Sequence record: KM190144
Source of the DNA: Escherichia phage Av-05
DNA: 64,000 nt
Reading direction: 5' to 3' (one strand)
Below are positions 47,215-56,991 of the stretch, in pieces (position 1 is the first letter of the stretch; each line of letters begins with the position of its first letter). The translations under genes and the position numbers were made by a program. Under the pieces are notes generated by a model, which worked only from the letters and a program-made list of their open reading frames with translations, did not search any database and had not been told where the DNA came from.

Positions 47215-47547
47215 ATGGTAGTAGATAACCCTTCTGACACCCTGGTCGTACCATCCCCGTTTCACCAATTCCCAATGGAACAGGACTCCCATGAGGTCAA
47301 ACAATGAAGCACCACCGTTTTGTTGGTAAGCATTCAGCAGAGAATGTTTAGAACGAGTCCAAATTTTACGCCCATCCATACCTGGAATATAGCGTCTCCC
47401 ATTTGCCTCCCAGAATTTTTCTAACCACTCCCTACGCATTTTCAACCCGAAGTTACTATCCCAGAATGCGTCTATTACAGCCTGTGCTCTATTAAGGGGG
47501 ATACCCAGCATTGCGGCTATCTTAGGAGCTTGTGCTCCATACATGAT
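47215..47547 (-). CDS. DNA polymerase (family A), exon 2
   Basis: IMYGAQAPKIAAMLG...YIPGMDGRKIWTRSKHSLLNAYQQNGGASL parallels T7 gp5 region FLYGAG...IKGLDGRKVHVRSPHAALNTLLQSAG. Confidence 0.6.
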
Positions 47548-48281
47548 CATATTGTTCAACATGGCTCGCTACACCATGCCCGTCCTTTTAGGAACTGCTA
47601 CATATTTCTATGCAGATCAGACTATATCTTCATCCTTTTCAGGATGCCCACCGCTTCGGCAGTCTGAAAGACTGGAGGTTTCCCTCACCGCTTGGCCCTA
47701 CGCCTTTCGGCTAGTCGTTGAAGTTTCGAATGCTTCCCAACATTTATGTTCTATTTGATGGCATTTTTTACAAAGTAATTCAAAATTACTTATTTCGTTA
47801 TTCGTCCTGTCATGGTCAATATGATGAACGCACCATTCATCTTTACCTGCATAAAGAAGATCTTTATTACATCTATTACAGTATCTTCTCTGTTCCTTTA
47901 TGACAGGGGATAACTTACGAAACATCGATATGCCATTTTTATAAAATTTGGACAATTTCCCACGAGGCTGCCCACCACCTTTTCCTATGCCAACTCTGTC
48001 AAGCCTATTTTCTCTTTCGGCCTTTCTGCGTCTATATTCTCTGGTTTTTATCTTTGAATATTCTCTTCTACAACCTTCAGAGAGACATACTTTTTGATTT
48101 TTACCAGTTTTAACACATTGTTCACCGCAGATTATACAACAAAATGTGCCCATATTCTCCCTCCTTTTGTAAGAGGGAAGCATTCGCTTACCTGCTGATT
48201 ATCTTCGACATAACTCGGTCAGATTTCCCAGCAATTCAATGGGTGCACCTTACAAATTACTTTGTAAGGGGGCTATCATTA
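47548..48281 (-). mobile_element. Group-I-intron-like insertion 1 in DNA polymerase gene, with HNH ORF
   Basis: Splits motif B region; R-like CTTCAACGACTA and S-like GAAGATATAGTC on minus strand; TAATGATAG stops in all frames right after exon 1. Confidence 0.55.
47698..48183 (-). CDS. Intron-encoded HNH endonuclease (Cys-rich zinc-finger N-terminus)
   Basis: CVHHIDHDRTNNEISNFELLCKKCHQIEH HNH motif; GGAGGGAG RBS. Confidence 0.65.
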   Translation of the reverse strand: MLPSYKRRENMGTFCCIICGEQCVKTGKNQKVCLSEGCRREYSKIKTREYRRRKAERENRLDRVGIGKGGGQPRGKLSKFYKNGISMFRKLSPVIKEQRRYCNRCNKDLLYAGKDEWCVHHIDHDRTNNEISNFELLCKKCHQIEHKCWEAFETSTTSRKA

Positions 48282-50318
48282 ACCATACGTAATCCCCTTT
48301 CCTCCAGAGCGTGTTACCTCCTTTCCTGCTGCTATTGTGTATGCTCTTGCGTTTCGTTCATGGGCATCCTCTTCCATCATGATACGTAAATACTCACCAC
48401 CATCAAACTCAAAAGCCCCTGCTGCAGCAATCATACCTTCTAAGTTAGACCCGTCACAACCCATCAGGTAGTAGCCTTCAGGGACTGTCCAAAGACCCCG
48501 CATTTCTTTTCCCAACAAAACCTTCGGATCAGGCTTGGGCATGTTTGCGCAAACAGTGTGCTTGCACCTGCCCGTGTTAGTGATTCCAGAAAAACGTGCT
48601 GGAAGTTTTCCGTCAATGTCTAAACGAGGGTGATTTAATAACCCTGTATCCGTCTTGTCCTCATCCATTGGGTCTAAAACAGATCGCCTGTTACGAAGTG
48701 ATAACCACTTAACAATCTGTTTTGCCATATGCACATCAATTTTCTCCAGATTTGGACACAGATGCCCAAAATTATCTTTTAGTTGAGGAGATGTCGGTAA
48801 CTGGCGTGCCTTACGCCGAAATTTCTTAAATATCTCTGAATAACCTCTTTCAGATGCATGTCGATGGTCAAACTTACGCTCTGAAATGTTGAATTTCTCA
48901 TCTGAATCATTAAGGTAGTCAAGAATAAGAGATTTATACTCAGACTCAGCCAACTCTTCTATGTACTTCTTAACTAGTACATCAATTTCAGAATCTTCTC
49001 TGGCCTTTTTAAATTGATCCTTCGTAACGTCCTTTACACGCCACAGTGTAGGTTTCCAACCAGCATCTTTGATCAGATATTTTTTAATGTCATCTTGATT
49101 GGAGATTTTCATTGGAACCATTAAATCTGGCATTTTTCTGTTTCGAAGGTCTTCTTTAGCCTTCTCTAGAAGATCCGGCGGCAAAGGTTCGAGTGTGTTC
49201 TCTTTGGTTCGCTGGGAACGAATGAAATTACCGTATAAAGCCGGATCTTCAATGCCATTCTGGATGCAATATCTCTCCCCTGCTGCACTTACATCCCCAT
49301 TACTCTTAAAAGCTGTTTTTGGTGGGGCTTTAAACTCTAGAGCTTCTCTGTTAACAGGATAACCAAGTTTATATTCCAACCAATTCCACCCATGATAAGA
49401 TATATTACCCGCTGTGTCAAAAGGGTTAGCTGGGAATTTTGGTTGTTGGGATTTCGTCATCTCTTTTTTTGGAAGAAGTGGTTCTACCTCTTCTTCAATC
49501 TCCCGCATCATCTTATCTATGCGGTCTCTTAATTTTTCTGCCTCCTCTCGATTAAAGTATACACCCTGTATTTCTTGCTCTATCATCAAATAGTCTGTGA
49601 GCATTCTCCTACGTAATGCATTTTTCCAATTAATCTGGTGCATCCCGTGAGGTTTATCAGCATACATGAACTGCTTGTCATCAGGCCATCGCGTACCATT
49701 TGACTCGTCAATAAGAGCTTTCCACACAAGTTCGTTAATGATAACGTCTTCCCACACACGGTTTACATATTCCCACAATGGTTGATTACGCCAATCATCA
49801 ATCTGTACTTTCTTGTTTGCCACACGATAACCCCATGCCAATAAGCCGTGTGGCCCAACCCTATCACGTTTTCCTGTTACAGGGTTTAATACAGAGTCTG
49901 GGCAGCCATTAGGCAATGGGCGATCTGGGTAAAGAACACGACTCATTGAAAGAGTGTCGTAAAGATTTACCTGTTTATTACCTATCGTCCCCATACATTT
50001 TGGGTCTTTGAACATATCATATTCAATCCCAGAAAGTTTTTTCCACAGACGTAAATCATAGCCAAACAGGTTATGTATTGCTATCCCTCTTGGTTCGGTC
50101 TGTAACCAAGAGTAAAAATCATCATAAGAAAGGATTCGTAAATTAACACCTTCTTTGCTGCGTGCAAAATTAACTGCACTCTGGTATTCCTTGTGAGCAG
50201 GATCGAGAAACAACACCCAGTTATTTACAGCATATTCTTTAAAAAGTGTGCAGTGATATTTAGTTGCCTCTTCTAATAATCCGTCAGCCTCTGTATCGGC
50301 TAAAAAAAGTCCTTTCAT
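48282..50318 (-). CDS. DNA polymerase (family A, T7-like), exon 1 (3'-5' exo plus N-terminal polymerase part)
   Basis: Exo I motif FLADTEADGL; motif A region CDGSNLE; ends ...RSGGKGITYG; AGGAGG RBS before ATG 50318 (track start 50360 upstream of RBS). Confidence 0.65.
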
Positions 50319-50513
50319 ACTCCTCCTATTCAAGATGGGCTTGACTGTATCGTCGCCCATCTCTTAGTTGGTTATAGATTATGTGGAAAACTACCTATTT
50401 TTGATTTATGTTTCTTTGCCAAAGGGCTTCTCTTGGCGGGAATGTATCCCTCAAGCCCCTTGGCAACACGAATAGCTAACTCATCATATTTTACATGTAT
50501 CCTCTTTTTTCTC

Positions 50514-52514
50514 TCAAAATGGAGAATCGCTATCTAAATCTTCAGGTTGCTCAATCACAACAGCAGGTTCTTGTTGAGGAACAGAAACAGCAATTTTCCC
50601 CACAGGTGTTTCAAGTTCCAGACTTTGAATCATTGATTTAGGTCTTAGCATTACCTCCCCATTAAGTTTAAACATACCATCTTCCCACACCCAACCAGAT
50701 GCATCAGAAAACTGACCATTATCATCCATAATCAGAGTATCCGCTATGCCTAATTTTTTGTGTGGACGGTTTTTCAAAACAACACTACGAATACGCCCAC
50801 GAGATCGGTCAGGGAGTTCTTCAGGCTCGACACCTAAGACAACCCACGATAACTGTTCGAGTGCTGCACTTCCCCTTAAAGATTCTTTTCTCACCGGATA
50901 CCAGAAAGGTAACAAATTACCTTCTTTATCTTTCGGAATTTGTATATCAACACGCTTCATATGACTGATACTGAGGATAAACACGTCATATTTTTTGCAG
51001 AAGGCAGCCAATTCCGTCATGATGTTATCTAAATCTCTTCTCTCGTTATCAGATTTTAATCCTGATATCACCATCGACAAGTGATCTAAAATAATCCACC
51101 TACACCCGTCAAGGAAAACCATCTGTTTCAATTTTTGTAGTAATTGGTCAGTCGGTATTGAACCAAAGTGATCAAAAATTTTAACCTTATCTTCGGCAAT
51201 CCACCGTTGGTGTATAGCTAAGTGCTGCTCATCGGTAAGAAATTGCTCTGGATCTGCAACAAATGCTTTCGGGTCAATTTTTAACTCCTCAGCATATAGA
51301 CTGTTTACAGACTCCTCTTCATCCTCCTCTAGACGGATAATTGCAATTTTCTCGTTCTCTTTCCAACCGTCCAGTCGGGGAATATCCATGTTACGGAGGT
51401 ACTCGATAATTGCATACTCAATCTTTCTTGAGAAAGTTGATTTCCCAGCTCCAGATGGGCCTGTCAGTGTCCACAATTCTCCTGTTCGTGGGCCTCTTGT
51501 TAGTTCATACAAACGAGGAAAGCACGGCAACGGAACGCCATCTTTTTTCTTTTTACGGAGATTTTCAATAGATATTCTCTCCAACCCAATCAATTTGTCT
51601 GGAACATATTTATCCTGCGCTTTAGCAAACATGTTCCAGATATCCATCCACTTACCTTTTTTGTAAATATCCCGGATATCTTTAACACCATTTGGGTCAT
51701 TGCGTTCATTTGGGTATCGTGCAACGTAGATATTGTCAGACAGTAAAAAACCTGCGACATCATCTGTAGCTTCCTTGCCTTTCTTAATTCTGTGTTCTTT
51801 TTCCCTTGCTGTGGCTTCATCATTGTCTAAACCAAGGACAATCTTTTCATATTCCCTGATAAACTTTTCGTTGTGGGCAAATGTATCTACCGCATTGGCT
51901 GTTCCACAGTTCAACCCGATAAAAGGTAATGTCGGGCAATTAGAAACCTCCTCACCATCCTGAATGGCTTTGATACCTTTTAAAGCATTGTTTGCCCACT
52001 CACGTACTGAACGTGACGTATTAGGATTACTATGAAGAAATTTAATATACTCAAACCCAGCTTGCCAGCCAGCCGTTACATCGCCTTCCCCCTCAACAAT
52101 AAAGATCTGTTTTTTACCAGATCCCATAGAGGCCTCATGTTGACCAAAAAATTGAGAGGAAGCCTTTACTGTGCCAACAACAGAGAAATGCCCCTTTTTC
52201 TCTTTCGGAACAGTCCAGTCTCGTTTCTTGTACCCTGTCAATTTCCCATATTTGTCATAATATGGAAGATATGTTGCCACTACTGTAGTACCGTCTTTCA
52301 AATCTGTTGCAGATCTGATCTTGAAGTACTTAGCTGCATCTAAACTAATATCCATTTGGGGGACAGCCAAGATCCTTGTACTATCCAGGACAGACTCTAC
52401 AGTTTCTTCTTCTTTTTTCTGATAATTCACTTTACCACCACTTTTTGTAGGTCGGAATGCTTTTGGGTTCTCACCTTCAAAGTATGCACCAGCCCCCCAT
52501 TTTGTAATCTTCAT
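50514..52514 (-). CDS. Primase-helicase (TOPRIM primase fused to DnaB-like helicase, T7 gp4-like)
   Basis: TOPRIM IFIVEGEGD and LGLDNDEAT; Walker A LTGPSGAGKST; Walker B WIILDHLS; acidic C-terminus ending DSDSPF. Confidence 0.7.
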   Translation of the reverse strand: MKITKWGAGAYFEGENPKAFRPTKSGGKVNYQKKEEETVESVLDSTRILAVPQMDISLDAAKYFKIRSATDLKDGTTVVATYLPYYDKYGKLTGYKKRDWTVPKEKKGHFSVVGTVKASSQFFGQHEASMGSGKKQIFIVEGEGDVTAGWQAGFEYIKFLHSNPNTSRSVREWANNALKGIKAIQDGEEVSNCPTLPFIGLNCGTANAVDTFAHNEKFIREYEKIVLGLDNDEATAREKEHRIKKGKEATDDVAGFLLSDNIYVARYPNERNDPNGVKDIRDIYKKGKWMDIWNMFAKAQDKYVPDKLIGLERISIENLRKKKKDGVPLPCFPRLYELTRGPRTGELWTLTGPSGAGKSTFSRKIEYAIIEYLRNMDIPRLDGWKENEKIAIIRLEEDEEESVNSLYAEELKIDPKAFVADPEQFLTDEQHLAIHQRWIAEDKVKIFDHFGSIPTDQLLQKLKQMVFLDGCRWIILDHLSMVISGLKSDNERRDLDNIMTELAAFCKKYDVFILSISHMKRVDIQIPKDKEGNLLPFWYPVRKESLRGSAALEQLSWVVLGVEPEELPDRSRGRIRSVVLKNRPHKKLGIADTLIMDDNGQFSDASGWVWEDGMFKLNGEVMLRPKSMIQSLELETPVGKIAVSVPQQEPAVVIEQPEDLDSDSPF

Positions 52515-52665
52515 CTCTTCTCCTTAGAAGGGTTTGGCAACTACAGCCATATACCAGCCATTACACACAGATATGCCACCTGAGATACAGTAGCCTTTTC
52601 TAAACCAAGTGTTTAGTTTTGATTCTAATTCTGAAATACTGGTTCCTGTGAGAATCTTGACATTT

Positions 52666-53406
52666 TTATCCACCAACCCTCCTAAAATCATTATATAGGA
52701 ATACAGCTTTGGCAAAACCTCTTGGGGTTAACGATCTTATAACCTTTGTCTTTTTTGATTTGCCACCCAATTTTAGGTGCTGCTCAGAATACCCGTCTAA
52801 CACGGGGACGGGTAATTTCTCAGGCATCTTAAAACCATTGCCTGTCCACAAACAAGTCTTTTTAGGGTAGGCATCTCTGGGTTTTATGTATTCTGGAAAA
52901 AATGGATGAACATCATTCTCTGGTAGATACCCGCCGTACTCATAAGGATGAAATGAATAGTCTGGTTTACGCCACAGAGAAGATAGAACACTAACTGGAT
53001 TTTCTATCATGTAAGGGCAGCCGTATTCATCTGCCAGCCTTGCTGCCACTTTTGCTGTATTTACAGCCTTTATCTGGAATAAAGGGTCTTTTGCAGCTTT
53101 TCTTGCGAAATGCGCTGCGCCACTAACAGCCATATCTGTGCATGGTGGGAATGCGAATATAATACTTGGCGTACATATCCCTATCTCTACTGGGTTAAAC
53201 TGGTCGTCTATCCAAACATTGATATATTCTATATTTTTGTGTTTTATTCTGATACTTTCATAACCACCGTGATCAGCGCCATCATAGTTAAGGCATATTA
53301 CTTTGTACCCATTCTTTGCCCACTCATAACCCATGATGCCGGATCCGTCAAACATGCACAAAACTGTATCACTCAATACACCTCCTATACCAGAAAACAG
53401 GCCCAT
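52666..53406 (-). CDS. DNA (cytosine-5)-methyltransferase-like protein
   Basis: Motif I LFSGIGG, motif IV FPPCTDMAVSG, ENV-like IENPVS; short (246 aa) for this family. Confidence 0.45.
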   Translation of the reverse strand: MGLFSGIGGVLSDTVLCMFDGSGIMGYEWAKNGYKVICLNYDGADHGGYESIRIKHKNIEYINVWIDDQFNPVEIGICTPSIIFAFPPCTDMAVSGAAHFARKAAKDPLFQIKAVNTAKVAARLADEYGCPYMIENPVSVLSSLWRKPDYSFHPYEYGGYLPENDVHPFFPEYIKPRDAYPKKTCLWTGNGFKMPEKLPVPVLDGYSEQHLKLGGKSKKTKVIRSLTPRGFAKAVFLYNDFRRVGG

Positions 53407-53433
53407 AGCTGGGCCTTTTAAGTTACGCTAAAA

Positions 53434-53655
53434 TCAGTGCAATACTGCATGAACAGGGCTTCCATCAGCCCCGTAAGGAATGTCTCGTACCTGGGCCAGC
53501 CTTTTCACTAAAGTATACACCAGCCAACCTTCAGCTTCATGTTGTCCTGCAATATCATAACCATCATCAAGAAGTTCAGCCAGTTTGTTCTCTACTTCTT
53601 CTCTTTTTGTTCTGCTAATTTTGAACTCAATGAGTTTAACAGTGTTTTTAACCAT
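53434..53655 (-). CDS. Hypothetical protein
   Basis: ORF in track, 73 aa. Confidence 0.35.
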   Translation of the reverse strand: MVKNTVKLIEFKISRTKREEVENKLAELLDDGYDIAGQHEAEGWLVYTLVKRLAQVRDIPYGADGSPVHAVLH

Positions 53656-53659
53656 AATT

Positions 53660-53944
53660 CTAGAAACCTTCTTCTCTATTGTAACACCCGTTTATCTCTA
53701 GATCTCTCAGGTATTCTCTTAAATGATGGTATAGCACATCATCTGGAATGTCAAGATAGATTTGCTTACCGTTTTTGAATACAGCGTAATATTCCAGTTC
53801 CTGAAAGCCGTTGTAATCCCAGTCGCTTTCTTTACTGAAGAAGTCAGGTTTTTGAACAGAAAATAGAGCTTCGACAACCACCAATCCGCAATCCTCATGG
53901 TCGTATTCGAACTCAATGTCTACCATAGGGGATTTGCTATTCAT
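53660..53944 (-). CDS. Hypothetical acidic protein
   Basis: ORF in track, 94 aa. Confidence 0.4.
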   Translation of the reverse strand: MNSKSPMVDIEFEYDHEDCGLVVVEALFSVQKPDFFSKESDWDYNGFQELEYYAVFKNGKQIYLDIPDDVLYHHLREYLRDLEINGCYNREEGF

Positions 53945-54410
53945 ACTCCCCCAACTCTTGTTTTAACTCAATATTTTCTTTTAACAGGGCATTCACAAAA
54001 GCTAATATGTGAACAAGAGAACTCTGACAACCATTAGCATATAGTTCAGCTTCTACACGCTTTTTCAATTTCGCACCATAACCGTCTAAGTTGTCGAGAT
54101 GCTCTTTAATTTTATCATAAGCATCTCGTTTTCCTCTTAGCTCATTAATAATGTACAGAACATTATCTGGGCTTGCGGTGGCAATGTAACTGGCATCGTA
54201 GTCATTTTGCCAGTGAGATAAATTCCCAGTTCCCTCATGTCTCTTTGCCGGACCCATTTTAGGATCTGTGATGAAAACAGTTTTTACCTCCTTATCATCC
54301 TGAAAGGATACCATCGAATGTCCATGGCTATCTATCCACCAGTGCCCTCTGGTGGCTTTCTTTGCCAGTTTCTCAATATCTCCGATTAAGATATCAGCTT
54401 TTGTCTGCAT
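53937..54410 (-). CDS. Hypothetical protein
   Basis: ORF in track, 157 aa. Confidence 0.4.
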   Translation of the reverse strand: MQTKADILIGDIEKLAKKATRGHWWIDSHGHSMVSFQDDKEVKTVFITDPKMGPAKRHEGTGNLSHWQNDYDASYIATASPDNVLYIINELRGKRDAYDKIKEHLDNLDGYGAKLKKRVEAELYANGCQSSLVHILAFVNALLKENIELKQELGEYE

Positions 54411-54663
54411 TGATATCCTCCTTCTTCAAGACTAAACTTGCTCTTGAGATCTCAGAAGAAACATACTCTATGTGACTAATCACATATGTCGTTACTTCGC
54501 TTCCATCGCCAAAAATATTATCAAGATCTACGATAACAAGATCACCATTCTCCGGTTTTTCTACATCATCGGATAAGATAATCACAGCTTCTGCAACCTC
54601 CCCAGATTGGTTGAGACGCAGTGTAATATCATGACCATTACCCCTATACTCAGTAAAATCCAA
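54394..54663 (-). CDS. Hypothetical protein
   Basis: ORF in track, 89 aa. Confidence 0.4.
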   Translation of the reverse strand: MDFTEYRGNGHDITLRLNQSGEVAEAVIILSDDVEKPENGDLVIVDLDNIFGDGSEVTTYVISHIEYVSSEISRASLVLKKEDINADKS

Positions 54664-54701
54664 AACCTTTTTCTGCTTTTTGGTGTGGTGGGAAAAACCA
54701 C

Positions 54702-54884
54702 TTAAAGAGCTTCTTCAACATGCATTCGCTCCTTAATTTCATTTAGGATGTCTTCGTATCGCTGCCACGACTCTTCGGCAGACAACTTTGCTTCGAGAAA
54801 GTTGTCTCGTGCAACATCTCGTAATTTCAACAATTTTTCAGTTGAAACTTGACTCAAATCTGTAAAGTCTTCGACTTTAAACAT
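54702..54884 (-). CDS. Small hypothetical protein
   Basis: Track ORF 54702-55100 trimmed to Met MFKVEDF with AAGGA RBS; start overlaps stop of upstream gene. Confidence 0.35.
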   Translation of the reverse strand: MFKVEDFTDLSQVSTEKLLKLRDVARDNFLEAKLSAEESWQRYEDILNEIKERMHVEEAL

Positions 54885-55248
54885 CTTTATTTTCCTTAAA
54901 GTAGTTAAATAAATCAGTGATTTTCTCTTCCACACCTTTATAGAAGAGATACTTTGTGTCTGCCATACGAGAATTATATGCGTCTTGACCTTTTTCCTGC
55001 AACCAGAAGAACGCTTGTGCAAACTCACCCTCTTTGAGGGTCGGGTCATATTCAAAACCAATTCTTTTACAGGCTTGCAAAGACTGATGGATAAGAACAT
55101 CCAAGGAGTTTATTATATGTGCAGCATTCTCAACATCGCACGCCATACGATGCTCACCTTTTGCAGAGAGTTCTTTAGAAATCTCCATAAGTCGACGGAA
55201 AGTTTCTTCTGCCACTGTTCTTGTACCTTTACTTGTAGATATTTTCAT
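54877..55248 (-). CDS. Hypothetical protein
   Basis: ORF in track, 123 aa. Confidence 0.4.
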   Translation of the reverse strand: MKISTSKGTRTVAEETFRRLMEISKELSAKGEHRMACDVENAAHIINSLDVLIHQSLQACKRIGFEYDPTLKEGEFAQAFFWLQEKGQDAYNSRMADTKYLFYKGVEEKITDLFNYFKENKDV

Positions 55249-55250
55249 AA

Positions 55251-55676
55251 TTAGTCCTCGAATTTAATCCAACGCTTCTGGGATTTGATCTGACCTTTCT
55301 CACCTTTACCTTTCAAACGCTGGACAGCCACCTGTTGTACAATTTTACTCCGTAAAGCAAAGCTGATAGCGTCAGGAGCTAAAACACGAGCTTTACAAAC
55401 ACAATTATTATGAAGTGACACAGCATCTTCAAAAGACAGGTTTAAAGGGTGTTTTTCAGAACCCCAAACACGATAATATCCAAAACGACCATCCTTAACA
55501 TCTGGGTAGTTAGGTAGTAAACGAGGTGCATATCCTAATGCAGCCATCATTTCATCAACCGATGCCATCTGGATATGTGTGGTGTCTTTACCATGATGAG
55601 ATTCTTTATTATCCCACCAACCCTTTAATTCAGCTTTAAATTTCTTCAAAAGTTCACTTTTTGAATATGAGGTCAT
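55251..55676 (-). CDS. Hypothetical protein
   Basis: ORF in track, 141 aa. Confidence 0.4.
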   Translation of the reverse strand: MTSYSKSELLKKFKAELKGWWDNKESHHGKDTTHIQMASVDEMMAALGYAPRLLPNYPDVKDGRFGYYRVWGSEKHPLNLSFEDAVSLHNNCVCKARVLAPDAISFALRSKIVQQVAVQRLKGKGEKGQIKSQKRWIKFED

Positions 55677-55686
55677 CAGCTATCTC

Positions 55687-56991
55687 CTACTTACCAGGGA
55701 AAGTCTCTTCATAAAACTTAACAAGACGTTGATCAACGATAATATCTTTATCCCTGATCCTACGTAATAACCTTAATCCTTTTGCACTTGTTGCTCTGCT
55801 AAAAGCCACGTATGCCATGCCCGGTGCAAAAGTCCCATTGCCAAAGTCAACATTAACTTCCGGTAATGTTAATCCTTGTGCTTTGTGTATTGTAACAGCC
55901 CACCCAAGACGAATCGGTAAAGCCCTGTACTCACCAATGATAATCTTCTCAATTTCTTCAGTTATTGTACCATCTGGGTTTTTCACCTTTATGGGGTTAT
56001 ACTCAACATTTTCCCACACATAAGGTTCTACGTCAACAATATCCCCATTTTCAAGACGGACTCTAACACTGTACCTACGTAGTTCAACAATCTCTCCACG
56101 GGAACCATTCACATAGCTTGGTTCATTTAGTCCTTTAGGGTCATTGACAGTAATCATCACCTGCGCCCCCTCTTTCAGATACAACTCTTCCGGTACAGGT
56201 GTCTGGTTAAATTGCCCTGTCTTTTTTGCCTTGTAAACTGTTGGGATTCCAGGTATTGCATCAAAACGTTTTTTGTTTATTTTGTCTGCTGCCGCGTTTG
56301 TTGAGGTTATTGTTATAGCATCCAAGGGTTTTCCCATGTTGTAGCAATAAGTATTCATAAACTCAACAATCTCTGGAATACGCTCTCCCTTGCGAAGGCA
56401 ATTAAGAAGTGTTGAAAAATGAACACTACTTTGCCTGTATATTTTATCAAGAAATACAGGATATGGGTTCAATTCTTTCCATGTTTTAGAAAAGCAACAA
56501 AGTTCTGTGTCGTGGAACTGGTAGTAGATCTCTTTTTCTTCACCTTTCAAAACAGGTGGATTCTGTAAGAAATCCCCGAACATGCACACCTGCAAACCAC
56601 CGAAAGGCTCTTTAGGTTTTTTACGTGCCAGACGACATTTCATGTCCATTTCCCAAAGTTTGTCTGCCCTGAACATACTTATCTCTTCAATAATAAGAAT
56701 CTTCAGTGCTTTACTTTTAAGCAACTTCTTAGCCTTTGCCTTTATCTCTTCTGCATCTTTTTTAGTGGACACGCCTAATGAAAGTCCGAAAGCTCTGTGT
56801 GCCGTCATACCATCCACATTAATGGCAGCAGCCCCTGTAGGGGCCACTGTCAAGACTGAACCTGCGTATAAGGATTGGATAGTTTTTATGGTATGGCTCT
56901 TTCCAGCACCTGCATAACCACTGATAAACACATTTTCACCGGACATTATAGCGCCAAGAGCATCTTCAACGCCAACCCCGTATTGAGACAT
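55687..56991 (-). CDS. Dda/RecD-like SF1 DNA helicase
   Basis: Walker A ISGYAGAGKS, VLTVAPTGAAA, Walker B IIEEISM, TIHKAQGLT and AYVAFSRA motifs. Confidence 0.7.
   Translation of the reverse strand: MSQYGVGVEDALGAIMSGENVFISGYAGAGKSHTIKTIQSLYAGSVLTVAPTGAAAINVDGMTAHRAFGLSLGVSTKKDAEEIKAKAKKLLKSKALKILIIEEISMFRADKLWEMDMKCRLARKKPKEPFGGLQVCMFGDFLQNPPVLKGEEKEIYYQFHDTELCCFSKTWKELNPYPVFLDKIYRQSSVHFSTLLNCLRKGERIPEIVEFMNTYCYNMGKPLDAITITSTNAAADKINKKRFDAIPGIPTVYKAKKTGQFNQTPVPEELYLKEGAQVMITVNDPKGLNEPSYVNGSRGEIVELRRYSVRVRLENGDIVDVEPYVWENVEYNPIKVKNPDGTITEEIEKIIIGEYRALPIRLGWAVTIHKAQGLTLPEVNVDFGNGTFAPGMAYVAFSRATSAKGLRLLRRIRDKDIIVDQRLVKFYEETFPGK

Noticed and set aside
47195-48282. P1 internal-guide pairing for the two intron-like insertions
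   Set aside because: Only 3-4 bp pairings (GGU/GCC; CCAU/GUGG) could be found by eye, too short to fix splice sites; junctions were set from protein alignment instead.
50331-50362. Hairpin AGATGGGC...GCCCATCT overlapping the track start of the polymerase ORF
   Set aside because: It lies upstream of the RBS-supported ATG at 50318; could be an RNA processing or regulatory element but there is no further evidence.
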